Below are positions 23,708-31,857 of a stretch of 64,000 nucleotides of DNA, in pieces (position 1 is the stretch's first letter; the number at the start of each line of letters is the position of its first letter). The position numbers and the translations under genes were made by a program. The notes beneath the pieces were generated by a model. It saw nothing but the letters and a program-made list of their open reading frames with translations, was not told where the DNA came from and made no database searches. The DNA is from an uncultured Flavobacteriaceae bacterium (GTDB taxonomy: Bacteria; Bacteroidota; Bacteroidia; Flavobacteriales; Flavobacteriaceae), in assembly GCA_964350765.1 (NCBI GenBank), contig CAYGMB010000002.1, positions 22,774 to 86,773 of the forward strand, read 5' to 3'.

Positions 23708-25936
23708 ATGCCTGGAATTCATTCATCAATGTCACGCCATATGTTCACACTTAACGGAAACGTTTTAACAAGTGGTGGTGCCAAAAATTTAGCAAAAGGT
23801 CAGTTCGCTATCGTTAAAAGCGCAAGCGCAACTGCAAACGGAGCAGAAGTAGTAAGCAATTTTGCGGGACTACCTAAAAACACAGTATTTGAGATGCGTT
23901 TAGGAAAACATAAAATTCCTAAGACAAGAACAGCTCAAAACTCTGTAGCTTACAAATCAGAGACATTTAAACTATCAGACGTAGTTGGAGTAAAAGCCAA
24001 TTTCCCTAAATTCACAAAACAAACTTTTGATGAATTATTAATAGGATATGATGGTATCAATGCTGATACAGCAATCACTTTAGAAGAAGGACAAACTACA
24101 GTGCTTGATATTAAATTATCAGGAGATTATGTAGGCTTCATAACAGGAGATTGTAGCTATTCTTTCAAAATGAATTTTGGAAGAGAAGTAGGAGAAACTA
24201 ATCAAGAAGCAATCCTTAGATTAGTAGAGAGAATTAAAGAACAGGAGTTTCCACAAGGAGTATCTATATTAGATGCTGTTGAGATAACACCTATTGATAG
24301 TTCAAGAGGAGGATTACAAGGAACTTCATGGGTATTCAGTAACTTAATGGTTGTGGATAGCGGAGATTCAAATGCCCTTGGAGAAGTTCAAGCACAATAC
24401 CCTGCTCACAATGTAGTAAGAACAGACAGAAGTAATGGTGTATCTACTTATACTATTTTACACCCATCAACAGTATCTTTATCAGATTTTTCACAAACAG
24501 TAGCAAAATACTTAAAAGATTGTGAAGATTGTGCTAAGGAATATGATGCTGTGTCACAAGACGGTATTGTATATGTTGTAACATTAGAAGACGACGGTAC
24601 AGACCAAACATCTTTAGTAGACGACTTGCCTGGATTTGTAGCAAACACTGTAGTTAAAAAAGGAAACAAAGGTGGTGTAGGAACTTACACTGTAATTGTA
24701 GACGACGAACTTACATCAGCAGAGATTGCTTCTTATGTAGCAACAGCAGGTATTAAATCTACAGCAACTATTGAAAAATTAGGCACTGTAAGAGAAGTAT
24801 GTTATGATGATACAGAAACAACTATAGCTTGGACAACAGGAGAATCTTGTTATGCAAATGCAGATACTTACACAATCCAATTAAAAGATGACGATTGTGA
24901 TGGAAGTGTATTAGCTGAATTACAAGCTGCATTCCCTAACTTAGTTATTGAAGAAGGAGAGGCATCAGGAAGTGCATCACAAACAATTACAATAGCGGGT
25001 ACAACAGGAACTGCTATGGTAAATATAAGTGGTGTGGGTTACTTAGCAACGTTCAATGCAGATTTAGACACCACAGCGTCTGACTTTGTTGCTTCACATG
25101 CAGCAGCTATCTTAGCAGCTACAGGTCTTGTAGTAACAGCAGGTACAGCATCTATAATCTTAACAGGAGATGCATCAGATTTCCCTGCAGGAGCAGAAGT
25201 ACTCACTGCGTCAGGAGATTTAGCAGGTACAGTTGCAGCTATTGATTATGAAGTGGAAGCTTCAGAAGGAGGTTGCCAAAGAGTGTACTCTACACAAGTT
25301 GTTACAGATGTAGTGTGTGCAGAATGTGACCCAATTTTCTTAGAAAACTTCACATCAGAAGCCCCTGAATCATTTAATTTCACAGAGTGGAAATTATTAG
25401 AACCTACTTTTGATGAAAATGCATTAATGGGTATTAGATTAAAAGGAAAACCATTTATCATGGTACCTACAGAAGCAACAAGAGACCAAATACCTTTCTA
25501 CGAAACTTCAACAAGAATTGAAGCAGCAGGTGGGTATGTAGAAGAAACTTCAAACTCATTTGAACCTATCTTCAGCGATATCTTTAGTGTTAAAAGATTA
25601 TCAAGAGCACAAGACAGAGATAATTTAGGAGCACATTTAATGGACACTGAAGATGCATCAAGATATTACTTTGATGGGGAAGTAAGACACAAAGACAATT
25701 TGTTTGCAAAAGCAGTGTTAGGCGAAGAATCTGTATTGGAATTCCAAAAACAATATGTTTCATACGAAGTTGAAATATTGGATAACAAACGTTCTCAAGG
25801 TGTAGGTAGAAGCTCAGATATGGGCACAAGCTACATAATTTGGGCCGAATTTGGAAGACACGAAGCTTTAGAAGATTACGTGAATAGTTTAGCAGTGGCT
25901 TCAGGAAATTCTCCTGTACAAATCTCTGCTGAATAA
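23708..25936 (+). CDS. Ala/Thr/Gly-rich virion structural protein, role unresolved (742 aa)
   Basis: ORF track. It is followed by the strongest terminator in the window. Long low-complexity A/T/G/S stretches (TIAGTTGTAMVNISGVGYLATF...AAAILAATGLVVTAGTASIILTGDAS). Confidence 0.6.
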   Translation: MPGIHSSMSRHMFTLNGNVLTSGGAKNLAKGQFAIVKSASATANGAEVVSNFAGLPKNTVFEMRLGKHKIPKTRTAQNSVAYKSETFKLSDVVGVKANFPKFTKQTFDELLIGYDGINADTAITLEEGQTTVLDIKLSGDYVGFITGDCSYSFKMNFGREVGETNQEAILRLVERIKEQEFPQGVSILDAVEITPIDSSRGGLQGTSWVFSNLMVVDSGDSNALGEVQAQYPAHNVVRTDRSNGVSTYTILHPSTVSLSDFSQTVAKYLKDCEDCAKEYDAVSQDGIVYVVTLEDDGTDQTSLVDDLPGFVANTVVKKGNKGGVGTYTVIVDDELTSAEIASYVATAGIKSTATIEKLGTVREVCYDDTETTIAWTTGESCYANADTYTIQLKDDDCDGSVLAELQAAFPNLVIEEGEASGSASQTITIAGTTGTAMVNISGVGYLATFNADLDTTASDFVASHAAAILAATGLVVTAGTASIILTGDASDFPAGAEVLTASGDLAGTVAAIDYEVEASEGGCQRVYSTQVVTDVVCAECDPIFLENFTSEAPESFNFTEWKLLEPTFDENALMGIRLKGKPFIMVPTEATRDQIPFYETSTRIEAAGGYVEETSNSFEPIFSDIFSVKRLSRAQDRDNLGAHLMDTEDASRYYFDGEVRHKDNLFAKAVLGEESVLEFQKQYVSYEVEILDNKRSQGVGRSSDMGTSYIIWAEFGRHEALEDYVNSLAVASGNSPVQISAE

Positions 25937-25961
25937 GACAAAACAATTAATTAACCTTAAT

Positions 25962-25992
25962 AAAGGGGAGGGAAAATCCTCCCCTTTTTTTA
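25962..25992 (+). terminator. strong intrinsic terminator
   Basis: AAAGGGGAGG (25962-25971) - GAAAAT - CCTCCCCTTT (25978-25987), running into a T7 tract. Confidence 0.85.
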
Positions 25993-26013
25993 TATAAATT
26001 TTGACTAAATGAT

Positions 26014-26045
26014 TTTGCTCATTTAAATCAAAAAACGTAATTTTG
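26014..26045 (+). promoter_or_regulatory. Bacteroidetes-type promoter of the lysis cassette
   Basis: TTTG (26014-26017), 20-nt spacer, TAATTTTG (26038-26045), only 7 nt upstream of the ATG at 26053. Confidence 0.6.
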
Positions 26046-26052
26046 AATTATT

Positions 26053-26640
26053 ATGCACAGAGTATTTGATAAATTTATAAATCACACAGATTTATATAAA
26101 CTTTCTATATGTACAGGAACTATTTTTACATCCCTATACACATTTTTATCTGATTTCACAGAGAAAGATTTTTTAGGGACAAGTTTAGTATTGTGGCTAC
26201 TTTTATTTATAATAAATGTTATAGATATCCATACAGGAATAAAAGCCGACACGAAAAGGAAAAAAGAAGTAGGGTCTAAATTCACGTTTGAGAGTGGAAA
26301 AGGATGGAGAGCAGTAGAAAAAATATTTGTTTTTACTGTAGTTATAGGGTTTTTGTATATTTTTGAAAAAGAGTCTTTAAAATTATCATTACCATTAGTA
26401 ATAACAACTTCTTTTACATATTGCAAATTATTGGTGTTTTTCTATGCTTTTTTAATAGAATTACAATCAATAGGTGAAAACGAAGAAGCGAGATTTGGAA
26501 AAAAAGGAAAAATGTTTGTTATGTTGGATAATATAATAGACGTGACAAACGAAGGAATACTTAAAAAAATAAAAAGCTTTTTCTCAACTGCACCTGACAA
26601 TAACAATAATGAGCCTCCAATAGAAGAAACAGAACAATAA
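26053..26640 (+). CDS. holin candidate (four hydrophobic helices; Phage_holin_4_1-like D-x-x-TG motif)
   Basis: 195 aa. Helices at about LSICTGTIFTSLYTFL, SLVLWLLLFIINVI, IFVFTVVIGFLYIF and LLVFFYAFLIEL. IDIHTGIKAD resembles the conserved D-x-x-TG-x-x-A of that holin family. It lies directly upstream of the endolysin. Confidence 0.6.
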   Translation: MHRVFDKFINHTDLYKLSICTGTIFTSLYTFLSDFTEKDFLGTSLVLWLLLFIINVIDIHTGIKADTKRKKEVGSKFTFESGKGWRAVEKIFVFTVVIGFLYIFEKESLKLSLPLVITTSFTYCKLLVFFYAFLIELQSIGENEEARFGKKGKMFVMLDNIIDVTNEGILKKIKSFFSTAPDNNNNEPPIEETEQ

Positions 26641-26642
26641 AA

Positions 26643-27182
26643 ATGGCAGCAGATAAAATAACATTGGACAGAATAAAAACACTACACCCTAAAATAAGAA
26701 AAGAAGTTTTAGATGCATATTTATACATAAATAACAAATTGTTAGGAAAAGGTGTTAGATTAAGATTTTCACACACAACAAGAACATTTAAAGAACAAGA
26801 TGATTTATATGCTTTAGGTAGAACTAAAAAAGGTAAAAAAATTACAAATGCAAAAGCAGGGCAATCTTACCATAATTATTCCTTAGCTCTTGATATAGTT
26901 TTATTATATGATAAAGATAAGAATGGCACATTTGAAACAGCTTCTTGGGATACATTATTCGATGGAGATGGTGACGGAGTGTCAGATTGGTTAGAGGTTA
27001 CAAGGTATTTAGAAAGCAGGGGGTTTCAAAATGGATTTTTACGTAACGGGAAAAAATGGGACTTACCACATTTTCAAAAAACATTCGGATACAGTTGGAA
27101 ACAATTGAAAAGTAAAATAGAACGAGGAGATTATACCGAAGAGATTATAAATGGGAAGAAGTATAAATACGCAAATTTATGA
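26643..27182 (+). CDS. endolysin, LAS-type zinc peptidase (Peptidase M15 / VanY-like)
   Basis: 179 aa. FSHTTRTFKEQDDLYALGR, H-x6-D in SYHNYSLALDIV, and the distal His in WDLPHFQ: the metal-ligand arrangement of M15 cell-wall peptidases. Confidence 0.8.
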   Translation: MAADKITLDRIKTLHPKIRKEVLDAYLYINNKLLGKGVRLRFSHTTRTFKEQDDLYALGRTKKGKKITNAKAGQSYHNYSLALDIVLLYDKDKNGTFETASWDTLFDGDGDGVSDWLEVTRYLESRGFQNGFLRNGKKWDLPHFQKTFGYSWKQLKSKIERGDYTEEIINGKKYKYANL

Positions 27183-27517
27183 AAGTAAAATGGTATTGGA
27201 TTGTCATAATAGTTATTGTTTTAGGAGTTGTTGTTGATAAATATTTTCAGAATAAACAAGAAGATAAGTTTAAAGAGAAGATAGAGACATTAGAAAAAGA
27301 GAGAGATAGTATTAAAAAACAAAGACTCTTGTACCATTTAGAAATAGATTCTATAAATAATATCATAAAATCGAAAAATAAAAAAATAGAGTCTTTAACT
27401 ATAAAAGTAGATTCACTATCTAAAAAAAGACATGAAGCACTTAATAATGTTTATAACTATGATGATGCTAAACTTGACAGCATTCTCACAAATTACAGGC
27501 ATCCCAAGAGAAACTAA
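27179..27517 (+). CDS. i-spanin-like protein (N-terminal TM helix plus coiled coil)
   Basis: 112 aa. WYWIVIIVIVLGVVV, then heptad-like KFKEKIETLEKERDSIKKQ... ATGA overlap with the endolysin stop. Its 3' end overlaps the next gene by 86 nt. Confidence 0.5.
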   Translation: MKVKWYWIVIIVIVLGVVVDKYFQNKQEDKFKEKIETLEKERDSIKKQRLLYHLEIDSINNIIKSKNKKIESLTIKVDSLSKKRHEALNNVYNYDDAKLDSILTNYRHPKRN

Positions 27518-27896
27518 ACAAGAGATAGTTTATACTTTGATGGCATATCCAATTGCATTAGAAGAAATAAATACTTTATCAGAGCTTAATAGAGAGTTTG
27601 TGGAACTACTAAAAAAAGAACAAGAAAAAAACTCCATTTACGAAGAATTATTCATAAATCAACAAAATGAAATAGACAACCTTTTAAAACAAAAAAAGGA
27701 GTATAAAAAACAATTAGAAAAAGCAAATAGTTACGGTTTTATATATGGTCAGGTAAATTTAAATGGGTTAGATTATTATGCCATAGGAATTGATTATATA
27801 GTTAAAGGAAAAATTATTGTAGGAGGGAACATTTCATATGATAATTTTTATAAAAATGTAAATACGAACTTAAAAATAGGATTTAAAACATTTTAA
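27432..27896 (+). CDS. secreted coiled-coil protein with C-terminal OMP-type beta-signal (outer-membrane spanin analogue?)
   Basis: 154 aa. Signal-peptide-like MKHLIMFITMMMLNLTAFSQ, a coiled-coil middle, and a beta-rich end ...NVNTNLKIGFKTF with alternating hydrophobics and a terminal Phe. No lipobox Cys. It starts inside 27179-27517 in another frame. Confidence 0.5.
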   Translation: MKHLIMFITMMMLNLTAFSQITGIPRETKQEIVYTLMAYPIALEEINTLSELNREFVELLKKEQEKNSIYEELFINQQNEIDNLLKQKKEYKKQLEKANSYGFIYGQVNLNGLDYYAIGIDYIVKGKIIVGGNISYDNFYKNVNTNLKIGFKTF

Positions 27897-27898
27897 AT

Positions 27899-28144
27899 AT
27901 GAAATACAAATATTTTAATCTAATCAACGACTTAAAAAATACATTGGTTGTTGAAGAGTTAGAATCTTCAGTAAACACTGCACTTTATAATCAAACAGTA
28001 AATAATCTTAGTTGGTATGGGCTACCAAGAGATATAAAAAAACTTATTGATTTAATTAATCATTCTTCTATTATAATAGAAAACAAGGTTAGTTGGTATA
28101 ATGTTAGAGAAAAAGCTGAAGAAATCTATAATAACTTTAATTAA
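27899..28144 (+). CDS. hypothetical protein (81 aa)
   Basis: ORF track; tight packing. Confidence 0.5.
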   Translation: MKYKYFNLINDLKNTLVVEELESSVNTALYNQTVNNLSWYGLPRDIKKLIDLINHSSIIIENKVSWYNVREKAEEIYNNFN

Positions 28145-28146
28145 TT

Positions 28147-29550
28147 ATGGCACAAGAAAAAACACTTACCGAACTTATAGATTCATACACTTGGTATGAT
28201 AAAAAGAATAAGGCACAAGAGATATTTAGGAGACTGCAAGCAGGATTAGGAGGGCAAATAACTACTCAAGAAGATGGTGTAAATGTAAACGAAAATACTA
28301 CACTACTTAACTTCACAGGAGGAGGTGTAAACCTAACAGACTTAGGAGAAGGGAGTGTTGAAATAAATATTGAAAGCAGTGGAAGTTCACCTCAAAACTT
28401 ACAATCTGTTACAGATGTAGGAAACACAACTACCAATTCTATTATTTTACAAAGTACACTTTATGATGGTACATATAATAACAGTTTTATAAATTTCACT
28501 CAAAAACTATCTCAAGGAGGTGGAACAATAATATCTCCTTTAATTTTAACTAGAGATTTAAATTCAAATGTATATTCTTTACAAAGAAAACAAGAAGCAA
28601 ATACTACACAAGGATTTGGATTCGGTAGTGGTACGAATTGGGATTTTTATATTAACAGATTAACAGGCTCAGTAGAGTTTAATAAATACGGACTAGGAAA
28701 TATTACAGGAACTCCTGTTTATAATTTAGGAATAGATGCAAACGGAAAAGTTGTAGAAACACCTTTAATTGAATCAGGGGATTTTATACCACTATCAGGA
28801 ACAGAAGTAGGAAGCCCTGTTATTGGAGATATTGAGATAATAGATTCAAATATATTAATTAAAAACCCTGCTTCTACATTTTCTTCCACTTTTGCTTTTG
28901 ATGAAATATTATTTAGTAATTCAAACGGAATTAGTATTGCAAAAGATATAAGTTTAAGTAGAAAAAATGTAGGGCAATCTTATTTAGAATTAGACATAAC
29001 AGAATCTAATCCAGAGGGAATAAGAGGTTCTGCATATTACGGAGCAAACTACACAGATAACACCTATGTACAAAAAAAATATGTAGATGATAGTTTAACT
29101 AACCTATCACCAATAGAAACAGCAAATACAGGTACAGTTATATCTTTAACTACAAGCGGTGGTAATCTTTGTAATTTTGGTTCTGCTAATGCAAATACTA
29201 CTTATACAACAACAGGAACAGTATTAAATGCTTATGCTAAAGTATTAATTAACACTACAAGTGAACCTATAGTATTATCAGGAACAGTTGAAACAGCAGG
29301 AAGTTTTGTGATAGGGGAAACTTATCAAATCACAACTGTAGGAACAACAGATTATACATTAATAGGTGCATCAGCAAATACAGTTGGAGTAAACTTTACA
29401 GCCACAGGAGTTGGTGCAGGAACAGGGACAGCTACTTTAGCAAAGAAAAAAATAGCAGGAGCTACTTGGGTGACAGGTACAGATATGTACATGGTAGTTA
29501 ATTACACAGGTGCAGCAAGAGGAGTAGAATACTATTTCTTAGAAATATAA
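28147..29550 (+). CDS. tail fibre-like protein (467 aa) with shared C-terminal module
   Basis: Gly/Thr/Asn-rich beta-type composition. Residues 385-429 (nt 29299-29433) GSFVIGETYQITTVGTTDYTLIGASANTVGVNFTATGVGAGTGTA recur in 35398-37467. Confidence 0.55.
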   Translation: MAQEKTLTELIDSYTWYDKKNKAQEIFRRLQAGLGGQITTQEDGVNVNENTTLLNFTGGGVNLTDLGEGSVEINIESSGSSPQNLQSVTDVGNTTTNSIILQSTLYDGTYNNSFINFTQKLSQGGGTIISPLILTRDLNSNVYSLQRKQEANTTQGFGFGSGTNWDFYINRLTGSVEFNKYGLGNITGTPVYNLGIDANGKVVETPLIESGDFIPLSGTEVGSPVIGDIEIIDSNILIKNPASTFSSTFAFDEILFSNSNGISIAKDISLSRKNVGQSYLELDITESNPEGIRGSAYYGANYTDNTYVQKKYVDDSLTNLSPIETANTGTVISLTTSGGNLCNFGSANANTTYTTTGTVLNAYAKVLINTTSEPIVLSGTVETAGSFVIGETYQITTVGTTDYTLIGASANTVGVNFTATGVGAGTGTATLAKKKIAGATWVTGTDMYMVVNYTGAARGVEYYFLEI

Positions 29551-29563
29551 AATTTATAAAATA

Positions 29564-30973
29564 ATGGGACTATTTAGTAAATTATTTGGAAATACTTCTA
29601 ATGTAGAAGAAGAGATAAAAAGATTCTTTGAAAAATATTATGAAGAGTATTTTTATAAATATTTTGAAAAGTATTTTAAAAAGTATTCTGAAGAACTTAG
29701 AAAAAATATAAGTAAAAATACTATTAAAATCAATGAATTAGAAAAAACTCAAAAGGATATGTTAAAAGAATTAGAAAAATTAAGACAATTTCATGCTGAA
29801 ACCCCTCCATCAAGCTTAATATACCCTCCAGATGAACCTACAAATGATTTATCTACTTGGGAAACATATGCTCCTCCTGCTACTACTAATCCTACTTATT
29901 TAGTACCTTTTACAAATGATGTAGGATTGAAAACTACAAGAGTAACAGATTATACGGTACAAGGAACAGGTAAAGAATTAAGACACCATTATTCTAAAGA
30001 CCAACCTTGGAATAGCGATGGTACATTAATTAAAATGGCTATTAGTGGAACTACAGGTATTTTAGATGGTAATAATTATTCTGTAGTAGGAACTGAAGCT
30101 TTACCTTCTGATGCTACTTGGAGTTATACTAATCCTAAACTTTTATATGGTCTTTCTGGAAATAGTTTTGTTAGTTATAATGTAGATACAAACACTCAAA
30201 CTATCATTAAAACTTTTACAGGTTATACTAATATGACTTATGGAGATAATGAAGGCAATATGTCTATTGATGATAGATATATTGGACTACAAGCAGAACA
30301 AGGAGGGGATAATTACCTTATAGTATATGATAGAATAAATGATATAACATATACTGAAAATCTAGGTGCTATAAGACCTAATTGGTTTAGTGTTTGTCAA
30401 AGTGGTTTATATGCTGTGGCTCTATATGCTACAGATGGTTCAGCTGCTAACCAAGGTATAAAGGTTTATGATATAGATTTAACAAATTATCGTCATTTAT
30501 CTGATGATAGAGGACATTCTGATTTGGGCATAGATGTAGATGGAAATGATGTTTTAGTAATGTTCGCTAAAAACAATCCTGAAGATTATTGGATAAGAAT
30601 GATTAGGCTTTCTGACGGACTTGTTACACCTTTAGCTTATTTCAGTGTAGGTAATCATATCTTATATGGAGGACATATTAGTTGTAGAAATTATAACAGA
30701 CCTGGTTGGGCTTATATTACTGAAACTAATGGAAGTCAATATAGCACAAATGAAGTGGTAGCAGTTAAACTTGATGGAAACAATAATATTGTAGAAAGAT
30801 TTGGAAGACATCATGCTTCAGACCAAGTTTATGCAAGGCAGCCAATGGCTTGCCCTAATCCTGATGGAACCAAGGTATTTTTTACCTCTGATTGGAATAA
30901 CTATTATAATACAGGAACAGGTTATACAGAAGAATATAGACCTTCTTTTGTAATAGAAGTTGAACAAGATTAA
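29564..30973 (+). CDS. fibre or receptor-binding candidate with beta-propeller-like C-terminal region (469 aa)
   Basis: N-terminal Tyr/Lys/Glu repeat KYYEEYFYKYFEKYFKKY and a coiled coil. The C-terminal part has TolB/WD40-like strands (DGTKVFFTSDWNNY, GLYAVALYATDG). Confidence 0.45.
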   Translation: MGLFSKLFGNTSNVEEEIKRFFEKYYEEYFYKYFEKYFKKYSEELRKNISKNTIKINELEKTQKDMLKELEKLRQFHAETPPSSLIYPPDEPTNDLSTWETYAPPATTNPTYLVPFTNDVGLKTTRVTDYTVQGTGKELRHHYSKDQPWNSDGTLIKMAISGTTGILDGNNYSVVGTEALPSDATWSYTNPKLLYGLSGNSFVSYNVDTNTQTIIKTFTGYTNMTYGDNEGNMSIDDRYIGLQAEQGGDNYLIVYDRINDITYTENLGAIRPNWFSVCQSGLYAVALYATDGSAANQGIKVYDIDLTNYRHLSDDRGHSDLGIDVDGNDVLVMFAKNNPEDYWIRMIRLSDGLVTPLAYFSVGNHILYGGHISCRNYNRPGWAYITETNGSQYSTNEVVAVKLDGNNNIVERFGRHHASDQVYARQPMACPNPDGTKVFFTSDWNNYYNTGTGYTEEYRPSFVIEVEQD

Positions 30974-30977
30974 CAAT

Positions 30978-31517
30978 ATGAACAAAACAATAAAAATAGA
31001 TTTTCAGGTATTAGAGACACATGACCCAAAATTTTTATTAGTTGGAGATACAAGTGTATGGGAGTATGCAATTAAAAAACCTGCATATATATTGATAACT
31101 CTGCCTGGTTCATCAAAACCCTATCAATTTACATTTGATAAGAATAGTATGAATATTTTTAACAGCCATAATTTAGGATTAAGCTGTTTTACAGATGATT
31201 GTCAAGATGAAAACTATGTAGATTTACCTGATGGAGTATACACAATTTGCGTAAAAAGCTTTTATGAGGGTATAGAAAAAATAAAATACTACCTAAAAAC
31301 AGATAGATTTGAGGTAGAACTTAAAAAGACCATCATTAAAAACGGGTTAGAGTACGATGAGAAAGACAGAGAGTTTAGAGATATCATATACCAAGTTAAA
31401 TGGTTCTTAGACACAGCAAAAAGTTGGGCTTCAGAGGGGGATTTTGTTAAGTCAAGCAGATTTTTTAACAAAGCAAAAAAGATGTTAACACAATACAGAG
31501 ACTGTCAAGACTGTTAA
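30978..31517 (+). CDS. hypothetical protein (179 aa)
   Basis: ORF track frame, started at ATG 30978, 4 nt after the preceding stop, rather than at the overlapping TTG at 30960. Confidence 0.5.
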   Translation: MNKTIKIDFQVLETHDPKFLLVGDTSVWEYAIKKPAYILITLPGSSKPYQFTFDKNSMNIFNSHNLGLSCFTDDCQDENYVDLPDGVYTICVKSFYEGIEKIKYYLKTDRFEVELKKTIIKNGLEYDEKDREFRDIIYQVKWFLDTAKSWASEGDFVKSSRFFNKAKKMLTQYRDCQDC

Positions 31518-31518
31518 A

Positions 31519-31857
31519 ATGGGACAACAAAGCTTAAATATTAAAAATAGAATTTCAGTATTAGATAAAGTTCAAAAAGGGCTGTTAAAAGACGCTGATA
31601 ATAAATACATGAAAGACCATTTTTTAGTAGGAGAAAAGGTTAATATGGATAAAGTAAGACACAACCTACTAATAGGGTATGCACTCTGCACACCTAATTG
31701 TGAAGTTATTGATTGGGTGTGGTATAAAATTAATGGAGCCTTGCCTAATGAAAAAAAACAAACATTCGATATGACACCTGAAAAGGCAAATATAAATATT
31801 TATAATATAACAAAATATGTGAAAGAGGAGTCTACTTGGGATTCTGTACAGTGGTAA
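31519..31857 (+). CDS. hypothetical protein (112 aa)
   Basis: ORF track; TAATG junction with the next gene. Confidence 0.5.
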   Translation: MGQQSLNIKNRISVLDKVQKGLLKDADNKYMKDHFLVGEKVNMDKVRHNLLIGYALCTPNCEVIDWVWYKINGALPNEKKQTFDMTPEKANINIYNITKYVKEESTWDSVQW

